From Elusimicrobiota bacterium (GTDB taxonomy: Bacteria > CG03 > SLGR01 > JBDRKX01): a DNA stretch of 38,994 nucleotides. The stretch's first letter is position 1. The number at the start of each line of letters is the position of its first letter. The DNA lies in the NCBI GenBank assembly GCA_043813605.1, contig JBDRKX010000060.1, forward strand, positions 1-38,994. The letters are read 5' to 3'. The position numbers were made by a program, and so were the translations under genes. Shown in pieces: positions 9,710 to 18,692 of the stretch. A model generated the notes under the pieces. It saw only the letters and a program-made list of their open reading frames with translations. It was not told where the DNA came from and searched no databases.

Positions 9710-9741
9710 GCTTAAAGCTTACAACTTACTACTTACAACTT
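9710..9741. repeat. Inverted partner heptamer array (RCTTACA-type), about 4.5 units
   Basis: gcttaaa gcttaca acttact acttaca actt, abutting the moxR stop codon; opposite orientation to 9549-9625. Confidence 0.85.
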
Positions 9742-10734
9742 TTAAGGTACCACAACGGTATCGAACACCTTGTTTACTATATCTTCCGATGTTATATTGT
9801 CGGCTTCGGCTTCGTAAGTTACAATTACCCTGTGCCTGAGCACATCCAGGCCTATATTCTTTATATCCTGCGGAGTAACATACCCGCGCCCCTGGATAAA
9901 GGCATACGCTTTGGATGCCAGGGTCAGATATATGGTAGCTCTCGGGGATGCCCCGTATTCAATATATCCTTTTGTATCAAGCTTGTATGCCTCAGGCTCG
10001 CGCGTAGCCATTACTATGTCAACGATATAGGTTTCAAGCTTTTCATCAATATATATCTTATCGACAAGTTCCCGGGCTTTAAGAATATCTTTAAGCTTGG
10101 TCACAGGATCTACGCTTATGGTCTTATTTACCTTTGCCATGCGTTTGAGTATCTCCAGCTCCTCTTTCCTGTTAGGATAGGTTATATTGAGCTTGAGCAT
10201 AAACCGGTCAACCTGCGCCTCCGGCAGAGGATAAGTCCCTTCCTGCTCGATCGGATTCTGCGTTGCCAAGACCAGAAAAGGAACCGGCAGGCTGAAAGTC
10301 TCCTCCCCTATCGTAACCTGTCTTTCCTGCATGGCTTCTAAAAGAGCGCTCTGTACTTTTGCGGGCGCGCGGTTTATCTCATCCGCCAAAACAATATTAG
10401 CGAATACCGGCCCCTGCTTTACGGAAAAACTAGCATCCTTGGGATTATATATCTGAGTACCAATAAGGTCGGCAGGCAGCAGATCCGGGGTAAACTGTAT
10501 CCTCTTAAAAGAAGCCTGCACAGCTCTCGCCAGGGTAGAGACACTGAGAGTTTTGGCAAGCCCCGGCACACCCTCCAGAAGCACATGCCCGTCAGCCAGA
10601 AGCCCCACCATAAGCCGGTCTATAAGGTACTCCTGCCCTACAATCAATCTATGTATCTCATCCCTTAATTTTGAAATGAACGTACTTTCCGCTTTTACCT
10701 TTTCGTTTAACTCTTGAATCTCTTCGTGCCTCAT
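9742..10734 (-). CDS. moxR: MoxR-family AAA+ ATPase
   Basis: Walker A GVPGLAKT, RIQFTPDLLPAD, LADEINRA, ATQNPIEQEGTYPLPEAQ, GASPRA. Start placed at the ATG at 10734, which follows AAGGAGG. Confidence 0.95.
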   Translation of the reverse strand: MRHEEIQELNEKVKAESTFISKLRDEIHRLIVGQEYLIDRLMVGLLADGHVLLEGVPGLAKTLSVSTLARAVQASFKRIQFTPDLLPADLIGTQIYNPKDASFSVKQGPVFANIVLADEINRAPAKVQSALLEAMQERQVTIGEETFSLPVPFLVLATQNPIEQEGTYPLPEAQVDRFMLKLNITYPNRKEELEILKRMAKVNKTISVDPVTKLKDILKARELVDKIYIDEKLETYIVDIVMATREPEAYKLDTKGYIEYGASPRATIYLTLASKAYAFIQGRGYVTPQDIKNIGLDVLRHRVIVTYEAEADNITSEDIVNKVFDTVVVP

Positions 10735-10762
10735 TGTATTAACCTCCTTAATCAAGTTTTAC

Positions 10763-10974
10763 ACAATAAGCCTTAAGTTGTAAGCTATAAATAAATGTCA
10801 ATCACCAAATATCTAATACCAGACAATTTATAATGTTCAAAACATCCATGTTTAGAATTTAGAATTTCATACTTATTGTTTGCTTGAAGCTTGTTGTTTG
10901 TTATTTGTGATTTCTTCAATTCTTGCTTATCTCTTCTTTCTTATTACTTACTGCTTAACGCTTACGACTTATAG
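10763..10974. repeat. Nested inverted-repeat spacer: outer heptamer arrays (10763-10790 and 10940-10974) enclosing an imperfect palindrome of about 120 nt (10793-10913)
   Basis: Outer arms: acaataa gccttaa gttgtaa gctataa versus cttatta cttactg cttaacg cttacga cttatag. Inner arms: aatcaccaaat...ttcaaaac, loop atccat, gtttagaatttagaattt...atttgtgattt. Confidence 0.75.
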
Positions 10975-11946
10975 CTAATTAACTGTTTCTATCGTATCCT
11001 CAGGATCCTTATCCGGGATCAGGGATCTGAAATACCTCTCTGTTTCGCGCGTAAGTTTCTCAAGTTCATTCTTCTCAGGCTTATATCCTGAAAAACGCAC
11101 TTTTTCTTCCATATTGTTCCATTCTGAAAACAACTTGCCTAATTGTTCAGGCAGTTTATTTAACTCTGTGCCGCTTGTTTTAGCAGTAACTGTTATTCCG
11201 TATTTTTTGTTGATATAATTATTAAGCGCGGCGCTTGCGTATGCATAATATTTTCTAAAATCTCCTTCTACTATATGTTTATTGAACAATTTCAATCCTC
11301 CAAGAAATTCCTTTTCCAGATGAGTATCTATTTTTTCCGGAATCTTCTTATTTCCTGAAATCTTAATACGTTTTTTAAAAAACAACACTATCCCTCCTAA
11401 TAATACGGCTGCTCCGGTAAAAACAAGTCCGGTTACCAGTTTTTTTATTATACTGCTTAAATACGGCACAACTTTAATGCTTATTGATTCCGATTTAACA
11501 ATATCCTTATCTTCTTTTTCAACCTCCTGCCCGATACCTGCAAGATATTCTACTGTTACAGGCTCAATAGTCCCTTCGCCTTTTTCTTTTGCCGTAAAAT
11601 AGTATTCCATGACTTTCTTGGCATAAACTCCATCGCCGGTCAATCGGGAGGAAGTGGTCTGTTTCGAATCCACTAAATCCAGCAGGGTGCATGAAGGCGG
11701 TGTTACTTTAATAATAATTATATCGTTTATATCTTCGGTCTGTTCCCAGCTCATCTCTGCTATAACTTTAAGAGTTTCTCCCGTGCCTATTTCCTGTTTG
11801 TCCGCTGTAAGTGTGAGCCGGGGGCGTACCGCATGCGTAATGCCGGTTACAGCTGCCGTGAACAGAAAAACTATAACAAGAATTTTTGCAGGCAAGCTGC
11901 TATTCAACAATTTCAACTCTGTTTTCTTATCGCTGTTTTTATTCAT
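10975..11946 (-). CDS. BatD-like Ig-domain membrane protein
   Basis: N-terminal hydrophobic segment, LTADKQEIGTGETLKV...FTAKEKGEGTIEPVTVEY, TM, helical tail (EKVRFSG) like that of 6381..7544. First gene of the bat operon. Confidence 0.7.
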   Translation of the reverse strand: MNKNSDKKTELKLLNSSLPAKILVIVFLFTAAVTGITHAVRPRLTLTADKQEIGTGETLKVIAEMSWEQTEDINDIIIIKVTPPSCTLLDLVDSKQTTSSRLTGDGVYAKKVMEYYFTAKEKGEGTIEPVTVEYLAGIGQEVEKEDKDIVKSESISIKVVPYLSSIIKKLVTGLVFTGAAVLLGGIVLFFKKRIKISGNKKIPEKIDTHLEKEFLGGLKLFNKHIVEGDFRKYYAYASAALNNYINKKYGITVTAKTSGTELNKLPEQLGKLFSEWNNMEEKVRFSGYKPEKNELEKLTRETERYFRSLIPDKDPEDTIETVN

Positions 11947-11955
11947 CCTGTTAGT

Positions 11956-12009
11956 ATTATACCGTAGCAGACATTAGGAAATACTGAATTTGGCATTAAG
12001 AAACCTTAA
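11956..12009 (-). promoter_or_regulatory. Candidate promoter of the bat operon: TATAAT plus palindromic TTAAG-N4-CTTAA site
   Basis: attata at 11956-11961 (TATAAT on minus) and attaagaaaccttaa at 11995-12009. Confidence 0.55.
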
Positions 12010-12047
12010 TATTTACATCCCGTTTTAAACATAGCGACTATAATATT

Positions 12048-12923
12048 TTATTTTGGGGGATCTTTTTTTTCTAAGGGATGTTCTTTATTGTTTTCTATAG
12101 CTTCTGTTAATTTATCCAGAGCATCTTCCCTGATTTCGTAAATCAGTCCGGTATTTTCAGCTTTAAGGTAGGCTTTATCATCGATTTTTAATGCTGTAAA
12201 TACTGCATCTGGACCTGATCTGTATTTCAACTTTATTTTCATAAACGCATCATTAAAATGTTCTTCGATATCTTTGCCCGGTTCATCAACAAAACCTGAA
12301 GCCGTGAGTCTTCTCATATTATCTCTAATATTTTCCCCGGCCTGCGTGCTTTTATCCAGGCTGAATTTCCTGTCTTTATATTCTATCTCTGTTTCTTCTA
12401 CTGTGCCGTTATCCGGATCACTGATTATATTTCTCGACCGCCATTCTCTGTCTGCCATCTGCCTGCTGATACTCCTTGTCAGATAAACTGCGGGATCTCC
12501 TTCTATCCGCACGAAGTTCCTGGTCCATTCCGCACTCCGTTTTCCGACGTATATCTTTATGCTGTTCCCGCTATCCGTTTCTGCTGTTACTACTGTGGCG
12601 CTTTCTTCATCTACTTCGAAATCTCCGTATTTTTCTTTCCTTGTAGAAATAATATCTTCCAATTGCAGGTCTCCCAGGGCTGTTATAATATTTTTTGAAG
12701 CCTTGTTGTCTGCCGGCCATTTCCCGACATACCACCCGTCATCTTTTTTTTCAAGCTCGGTGCTTTCATCTGCTCCGCCGGCTTTAACAACTATTTTATG
12801 TATATCCTGAGTATTTATATGGGATTCGCTTCTCTCGTTTCGGCCGGCGGTTCTCACAATAACGAGTATTACCGCAAGAAGAATAAAAACAAACGCTAAT
12901 ATAAGCAGTGTTTTCTTATTCAT
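12048..12923 (-). CDS. DUF4340 domain membrane-anchored protein
   Basis: N-terminal TM, LEKKDDGWYV...PAD..., YGDFEVD, FVRIEGDPAVY; canonical position after a GldG-like gene. Confidence 0.8.
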   Translation of the reverse strand: MNKKTLLILAFVFILLAVILVIVRTAGRNERSESHINTQDIHKIVVKAGGADESTELEKKDDGWYVGKWPADNKASKNIITALGDLQLEDIISTRKEKYGDFEVDEESATVVTAETDSGNSIKIYVGKRSAEWTRNFVRIEGDPAVYLTRSISRQMADREWRSRNIISDPDNGTVEETEIEYKDRKFSLDKSTQAGENIRDNMRRLTASGFVDEPGKDIEEHFNDAFMKIKLKYRSGPDAVFTALKIDDKAYLKAENTGLIYEIREDALDKLTEAIENNKEHPLEKKDPPK

Positions 12924-15102
12924 TGAATATTTTTTCTTTCTTTGCCAGATACCTCAGGTCAGCGGATTTCCACCTGTAAATACCTATAAAAAACACTATT
13001 ATCGGCACAAAAAAGATATTCACATTTTTTATAAGCATTTTCCTGGATGCTGAAATATTTTTCAAATACCTTTCGTACACGCCTTTTGAACGTATGGATA
13101 TCAGTTCATAATCCTCAGTAAGCCAGTCGACCATATTCAGAAACAGGCTCCCGTTGGAATCAGTTGCAAGGAAATCACTTTTTACAAACCTCGAATTTGC
13201 CGCCAGTAAAAGCCGGAACTTTGATTCTTCAGATTCCGCCATGCACATCATATTGAACGGGCCCTTTGGTTCTTTATCAAGAGGGAAATATTCTCTCATG
13301 GGAGAAACAAATCGGGGTTCTTTTTGCAGCCATGAATCTTTTGATGTCTGAGCAAGTATATATATCTTGTAGCCATCGTTTTTCTCGGTATTTATATTCA
13401 ACGGAGATACAAAAGGAAAAGCGACTGCCCCCAGGTCCCTGGTAACCGGGTTATCCCTGTTAAGATCTGTTATTAAGGGGAAATACGGATAATCGACTAT
13501 GTTCTGTATTGTAAAAAGCCCCTGCCTGGTCGAGATCCCGATTCTCTGGTTCTGCCTGTCAAGAACAAGACCTTCTCCTATTTCCAGACCGAATTTTTCC
13601 AAAAACCCGTTTATTGCAGTACCCGTCTCTTTTACTGAAAAGTTTTCCATATCTATCTTATAGCGGTCTGCCATGATCCCTATAGGGATATTTCTCATGT
13701 AAACAGTTTCGAGAAGCCCTGTTTCTTCTTGTGTGAGATCTTCTTCCTTGAAAACTATAAATGACGAAAGTTCTGATTTATCAAGATCTTCTGCAGATTT
13801 TATTTCTTTTAATGCATATCGGCTTTGGATATTGCTCTTCAGCTGTTCCGGTATATCCATTGTGCCCATAAAACCTACCTGTTTCTCTTCTTTTGATGTG
13901 ATTTTTCTGATCCTGGTTGTAAGATCATATTCTAAACCGCTTATATTCTCTATTACCGGTATTGTTTCTTTCTTATCGCCATACAGGATCATAAGACCCA
14001 TGTAACCCTGCTTTATTTCAAATTTTTCTCTGCCGGCCTCTGTGAACTTGAGTGGCGGAATACCGTTGGTCATCGCTTCTCTTGAAATATTCTGATCCGA
14101 TGACGGATCCAGGAACCTGAATTTAAATTTTGATCCGGAATATGCAGCGTATTCATGAAGAAGGTTATCAAGATATTTTTTGCCCTGGTTATACCTGTAC
14201 GGCAAGTCCTTGGAAAAATAGGCTCTCACTATCACGCGGTCATCAAGTTTCCGTACGATTTCCTTTGAAGCGTCAGAAAGTGAATATATCCCGTTTTCAG
14301 TAAGGTCCAGCCTCAGGATAACCGGCGCTGCTATTATATTAGCCAGCACAAGTATACCTAAAAGCAGCGTTGTAGAAAATGCCCTGAAGAGTCCTGCCCT
14401 CACTCTTCTCGTAAACACGGCAAAGGCCGCGTAAACAAAGAATATCCACATACTGAAAAAATAAAAAATATCCCTGATGTCGATCACGCCTCGCTGGATA
14501 TTGTTCCAATGCATATCTATTCCTATAAAATCCACCAAAGAAGATATATACGGCGGCAGCAGGGAAGACACCTTGCCGCCCATAAACAGCACAAAGGAGA
14601 TTACAAAACCTATTATAAAAGCGATCACCTGGTTTGAAGACAATGATGAGGCGAACATGCCGGCAGAAAGAAAAGTGCCGACTATAAGGATCATGCCCAG
14701 GTATGCTCCGGCGATCTGCCCCCAGTCAATATCACCTATCAGGGAGATACTTAAAGGATATATGAGTGTCAGGAGAATAGCACTTGTCAATAATGTAAAA
14801 GCTGCGATGAATTTGCCTGTTATTATCTCAGAATCTTTTACCGGGAGTGTCCCTATTACTTCTATTGTGCCGGAAGAGAATTCAGCTGCAAGGAGCTGCA
14901 TCGCGACTGCCGGAGCAAGGAACAATAGCAGAAGCGGCACATTAGCAGTAAAATTCTCTATACTCACTCTGTTCAGCAGGAATATGGTCGAACTGAATAT
15001 CCAGCCGCTGATCAGAAGAAAAACTATTATTGTCACATACGCCAGCGGGGAATCGAAATACCGCCTGAGCTCCCTTGCCGCTATTATTGATATCCTTTTC
15101 AT
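12916..15102 (-). CDS. GldF-like ABC-2 permease fused to a GldG-like (ABC_transp_aux) domain
   Basis: ARELRRYFDSPLAYV, SGTIEVIGTLPV, RGVIDIRD, then RLDLTENGIYSLS, LEYDLT, NMVDWL...LISIRSK and a final TM. Confidence 0.88.
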   Translation of the reverse strand: MKRISIIAARELRRYFDSPLAYVTIIVFLLISGWIFSSTIFLLNRVSIENFTANVPLLLLFLAPAVAMQLLAAEFSSGTIEVIGTLPVKDSEIITGKFIAAFTLLTSAILLTLIYPLSISLIGDIDWGQIAGAYLGMILIVGTFLSAGMFASSLSSNQVIAFIIGFVISFVLFMGGKVSSLLPPYISSLVDFIGIDMHWNNIQRGVIDIRDIFYFFSMWIFFVYAAFAVFTRRVRAGLFRAFSTTLLLGILVLANIIAAPVILRLDLTENGIYSLSDASKEIVRKLDDRVIVRAYFSKDLPYRYNQGKKYLDNLLHEYAAYSGSKFKFRFLDPSSDQNISREAMTNGIPPLKFTEAGREKFEIKQGYMGLMILYGDKKETIPVIENISGLEYDLTTRIRKITSKEEKQVGFMGTMDIPEQLKSNIQSRYALKEIKSAEDLDKSELSSFIVFKEEDLTQEETGLLETVYMRNIPIGIMADRYKIDMENFSVKETGTAINGFLEKFGLEIGEGLVLDRQNQRIGISTRQGLFTIQNIVDYPYFPLITDLNRDNPVTRDLGAVAFPFVSPLNINTEKNDGYKIYILAQTSKDSWLQKEPRFVSPMREYFPLDKEPKGPFNMMCMAESEESKFRLLLAANSRFVKSDFLATDSNGSLFLNMVDWLTEDYELISIRSKGVYERYLKNISASRKMLIKNVNIFFVPIIVFFIGIYRWKSADLRYLAKKEKIFNE

Positions 15103-16010
15103 TCTTCTCCCGATGTGAGGTTTCTGAATACTTCTTCCAGGCTGTGCTGTAACTTCTGCATTTCAAGTATGGTCCAGTCTTTCTTTACTGCTGTTTCGAA
15201 TATCTGTCTTCGGGGATCCTGTCCGGAGGTTTCTATCTTAAAAAGGTCTCCTGTTCTTACTATCTTTTCAACAGATCCCAGTTTTTCGAGTTCGGATAAG
15301 ACTTCTTCGGAAGGGCCTGCCAGCTTCACGGCATAAACGGTTTTTCCTTTACTGGTAAGTTCGTCCTGTGTCCCGTCCGCAACGATTTTCCCCGCGTTTA
15401 TTATCACAACACGCTGGCATACAGCCTGCACTTCCTGCATTATATGTGTTGATATTATTATTGTTTTACGGCCTTTCAGTTCGTTTATCAGGTTTCTTAT
15501 CTCCTGTATCTGGTTGGGATCAAGACCGCTGGTAGGTTCATCAAGAAGAAGTACAGGCGGATCATGGAGAACGGCCTGGGCAATACCGACTCTCTGTTTA
15601 AAACCTTTTGACAGTACCGATATCTGCCTGACTGCCGCATCCTGCAATCCGCATATTTCTATAACTTCTCTGATCCTTCTGTTTTTTTCTTTCGGGCCCA
15701 TGCCTCTTATATCCGCACAGAATTCCAGATACTCGATAGGTGTCATATCTGTATAGAGAGGATTATTTTCAGGCAGATAACCGACAGATTTCTTTACTTC
15801 GAACGCATTTTCCGATACATCCATTCCCATAACAGAAGCCCGGCCTGATGTAGGCGGAAGATATCCTGCGAGCATCCTCATTGTTGTTGTTTTTCCTGCG
15901 CCGTTCGGACCGAGGAAACCGACCACATTGCCGCTCTCCAGTTCGAAGGTCAAACTGTCAACCGCTTTTACAGCATCATATATTTTTGTGAGTTTTTCGG
16001 TTTTAATCAT
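15099..16010 (-). CDS. GldA-like ABC transporter ATP-binding protein
   Basis: GPNGAGKTT, signature LSKGFKQR, LLLDEPTSGLDPNQI, H-loop STHIMQEV. Confidence 0.92.
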   Translation of the reverse strand: MIKTEKLTKIYDAVKAVDSLTFELESGNVVGFLGPNGAGKTTTMRMLAGYLPPTSGRASVMGMDVSENAFEVKKSVGYLPENNPLYTDMTPIEYLEFCADIRGMGPKEKNRRIREVIEICGLQDAAVRQISVLSKGFKQRVGIAQAVLHDPPVLLLDEPTSGLDPNQIQEIRNLINELKGRKTIIISTHIMQEVQAVCQRVVIINAGKIVADGTQDELTSKGKTVYAVKLAGPSEEVLSELEKLGSVEKIVRTGDLFKIETSGQDPRRQIFETAVKKDWTILEMQKLQHSLEEVFRNLTSGEE

Positions 16011-16031
16011 TTTCTAATCCGTTTTCGGTAT

Positions 16032-16084
16032 ATTATACTGTTTCAAAATTAAAAATTGCTTAAGAAAATATTAAGAAATCTTAA
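16032..16084 (-). promoter_or_regulatory. Candidate promoter of the Gld-like ABC operon: TATAAT plus TTAAG repeats at 10-11 bp period
   Basis: attata at 16032-16037; ttaaaaattgc ttaagaaaata ttaagaaatc ttaa at 16049-16084. Confidence 0.6.
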
Positions 16085-16113
16085 ACCGGCCATGCCCCGG
16101 ATATCCCGACAGC

Positions 16114-17538
16114 TTAATTCACCGGCAGCTTTACGGTAAAACAGCTCCCCTCTCCGGGAGCGCTTTCTACAGATATCATTCCGTTATATTCATCTGTAAT
16201 AGCTCTGGCTATACTCAATCCCAATCCTGATCCGCCTTCTTTTCGCGTACGGGATTTATCAATACGATAAAACCTTTCAAATATCTTCTCCTGCTCTTCA
16301 GCCGGGATGCCTATTCCTGTATCTTTTACTGATATAATACAGTATTTCTTATCTGACTCAAGCGTAACTGTTACATTTCCACCGTCTGTTGTATACTTAA
16401 TGGCGTTTACTATCAGATTAGAGAATATTTTCTGCAGTTTGGATGCATCTCCTTTGATCTCGACTTTTTCACCAGGTTCAAAAGTAAGCCCTATATTTCG
16501 GCTCTCCGCCAGGGGTCTATAAAATTCAGTCAGTTTATCTAATAATCCGGTTATTTCAAGCGGCTGTCTTTCCTGATATTCTTCCGGGCTGTCCGCGCGC
16601 GCCAGGACAAGCAGCCTGTTTATCATATACACGAGACGGTCCATTTCTTCAACAATACTGCGTATCGTTTCCCTGTATTCTTCTACGTCCCTTTCCCTTT
16701 CCAGTATTATCTCCGCTTCGCCTTTTATCGCTGCAATAGGCAGTCTGAGTTCATGTGATGCGTCTGCTGTAAAAGCGACCACTTTATCATATGAATCTCT
16801 TAGACGCCTGAATACATCATTAAATGTATCTGCCAGCCTGTCGAGCTCATCTCCCGAACCTGATACCGGAAGCATCTTTTTACTTCCCTTAATTGATATC
16901 TCTGCTGCTGCATCTGTCATCCGGGATACGGGAGCAAGAACTCGGCCTGTTATTATCAGCCCTCCGGCTACTATGACCATTAACATCAATGGTATGCCTA
17001 CAATAAATGTATTTAAGAGCACATTCAGCAGCCTGCGTTCTGCAACCGGTTCAGCCCCAAATTGAAGAAAGAACAGGCTTCCTGTATTGTCAGTAAATTT
17101 TTTTGTTAAAACAATAACCGGACTTTTAATATTGCGGGAAGTATTTACTTGATCCATATCAGCCGCTTCCGGGTTTTTAATAAATTCTACAGCGCCATTA
17201 TCCTCTATAAAACCCTTTGAACTTGCCAGCAGTAAGCCTTCTCCGTTAAATAGTGCGTAGCCTACCCTGTTAATGCCTTTCTGAAAAGCGGTTTTTTCAG
17301 ACAGAAAATTGCTGAACGCCGCTTTGCTGCAATCCCGGCCCGAAGCCATCTCTATCGCTTCACTCAATTCGGCATTCAGGGAAATTCCCGACATCTCTAT
17401 CAGGTTCTTTTCCGTTTTATAATAGAAATAACCTAATAAGAGGATTATATTCACCATAAGAAAAACAGTATAGCCCAGTACAAGACGGACTTTAATGCTT
17501 TTAAGAAACCTGAATCTATTTTCTTTTTTCAAGGACAT
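16114..17538 (-). CDS. Sensor histidine kinase (2 TM, HAMP, HisKA, HATPase; CusS/CzcS-like)
   Basis: ASHELRLP H-box, NLIVNAIKY, DTGIGI, FERFYRIDKSR, GSGLGL. Start is probably the ATG at 17538, overlapping the end of the response regulator. Confidence 0.93.
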   Translation of the reverse strand: MSLKKENRFRFLKSIKVRLVLGYTVFLMVNIILLLGYFYYKTEKNLIEMSGISLNAELSEAIEMASGRDCSKAAFSNFLSEKTAFQKGINRVGYALFNGEGLLLASSKGFIEDNGAVEFIKNPEAADMDQVNTSRNIKSPVIVLTKKFTDNTGSLFFLQFGAEPVAERRLLNVLLNTFIVGIPLMLMVIVAGGLIITGRVLAPVSRMTDAAAEISIKGSKKMLPVSGSGDELDRLADTFNDVFRRLRDSYDKVVAFTADASHELRLPIAAIKGEAEIILERERDVEEYRETIRSIVEEMDRLVYMINRLLVLARADSPEEYQERQPLEITGLLDKLTEFYRPLAESRNIGLTFEPGEKVEIKGDASKLQKIFSNLIVNAIKYTTDGGNVTVTLESDKKYCIISVKDTGIGIPAEEQEKIFERFYRIDKSRTRKEGGSGLGLSIARAITDEYNGMISVESAPGEGSCFTVKLPVN

Positions 17539-18190
17539 ACCCGACACCGCGTACCGTATGGATCAGTTCCTCTGAACCAGCTTCATTTATCTTCTTGCGC
17601 AAATTGGTCATATGCACATCTATTACATTTGTTGTCGAATCGAAATCATATCCCCAGACATTTTCCAGGAGTGCGGTCCTTGTAACCACTTCTCCTTTCC
17701 GTTCAAGCAAACAGTGAAGAAGAGTGAATTCAGTCGGCGTAAGACTTATCTTCTCCCCCTTCCTCACGACAAGCCTCTTGGATATATCGAGCATAAGATC
17801 GTCAACTTGGAATTTCGTGATGTCTTCATCTTTTCTCCGGCGGGCCACCGCCCTTACACGCGCAAGCAGTTCCGAAAATGCAAACGGTTTTACCAGGTAA
17901 TCGTCCGCGCCGGTTTCCAGGCCCCGGACCCTGTCCTGAACCGTATCTTTTGCCGTAAGAAAGATCACAGGGGTCATATTCTTTCTTTCTCTCAACTGCC
18001 TGAGCACCTCGTATCCGTCAAGATTGGGCATCATTATGTCAAGCACAATACAATCATATTTCTGGTCAATAGCCAGAAAAAAACCTTCTCTCCCGTCAGA
18101 TGCCGTGTCTACACTAAGACCATGTTCTTTGAAACCCTTTTTCAGAAAACTAAGTACTTTCTCATCATCTTCAACTACAAGCACTCTCAT
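17516..18190 (-). CDS. OmpR-family response regulator (CusR/CzcR-like)
   Basis: VVEDD, VLDIMMP, FLTAKD, ADDYLVKPF, winged helix (NVIDVHM..LRKKI, HTVRGVGY). Confidence 0.95.
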   Translation of the reverse strand: MRVLVVEDDEKVLSFLKKGFKEHGLSVDTASDGREGFFLAIDQKYDCIVLDIMMPNLDGYEVLRQLRERKNMTPVIFLTAKDTVQDRVRGLETGADDYLVKPFAFSELLARVRAVARRRKDEDITKFQVDDLMLDISKRLVVRKGEKISLTPTEFTLLHCLLERKGEVVTRTALLENVWGYDFDSTTNVIDVHMTNLRKKINEAGSEELIHTVRGVGYVLEKRK

Positions 18191-18263
18191 ATCGTTCTCC
18201 TTCTTAAATAAACAGCTGATGTCACGAAGGTTATTATATTTTTTTATTTACGGCAAGTAAATA

Positions 18264-18292
18264 TTGCTATCTGCGCATCAAATAGATAAAAT
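18264..18292 (+). promoter_or_regulatory. Sigma70-type promoter upstream of yggT
   Basis: TTGCTA-N17-TAAAAT. Confidence 0.55.
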
Positions 18293-18335
18293 AGGTTAGT
18301 TTTGACCGGGAAAAAGCAAAACTGTTTGGAGAATA

Positions 18336-18629
18336 ATGTTTGTTTTCGGAAATTTATTTATAGCTTTAGCAAAAATAGCAGACCTGATACTTTCGATCAT
18401 GTACTGGCTGATCCTTATCCGGGCACTCATAAGCTGGGTGAATCCCGATCCATACAATATGATCGTGCAATTTCTCTATAAAGCGACAGAACCGGTACTG
18501 ATGCCTATCAGAAGGATCCTTCCGCCGGCCGGCATCGATATATCTCCTATTATCGCATTTATCGCTATAATTTTTTTAAGATCGTTCCTGGTCAGTTCTC
18601 TTCTCGAACTGGGTTCAAAACTGAATTAA
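18336..18629 (+). CDS. yggT: YggT family membrane protein
   Basis: ILIRALISWVNPDPYN..VQFLYKATEPVL.PIRR.LP...IDISPI. Confidence 0.93.
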   Translation: MFVFGNLFIALAKIADLILSIMYWLILIRALISWVNPDPYNMIVQFLYKATEPVLMPIRRILPPAGIDISPIIAFIAIIFLRSFLVSSLLELGSKLN

Positions 18630-18692
18630 CAGCATCCCCCCCCCGGAAGTTCGATTTTTTCATACCGGACTGCTGCGTTTATTGAGAGACGC

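Noticed and set aside
12916..16010. Gliding motility or type IX secretion
   Set aside because: Only the widely distributed GldA/F/G-like ABC module is present; no gldK/L/M/N or spr genes are in the window.
18630..18692. Bidirectional terminator or phase-variable C-run between yggT and the convergent gene
   Set aside because: No clean stem-loop followed by a U-tract; the C-run is intergenic between 3' ends, so it has no evident effect.
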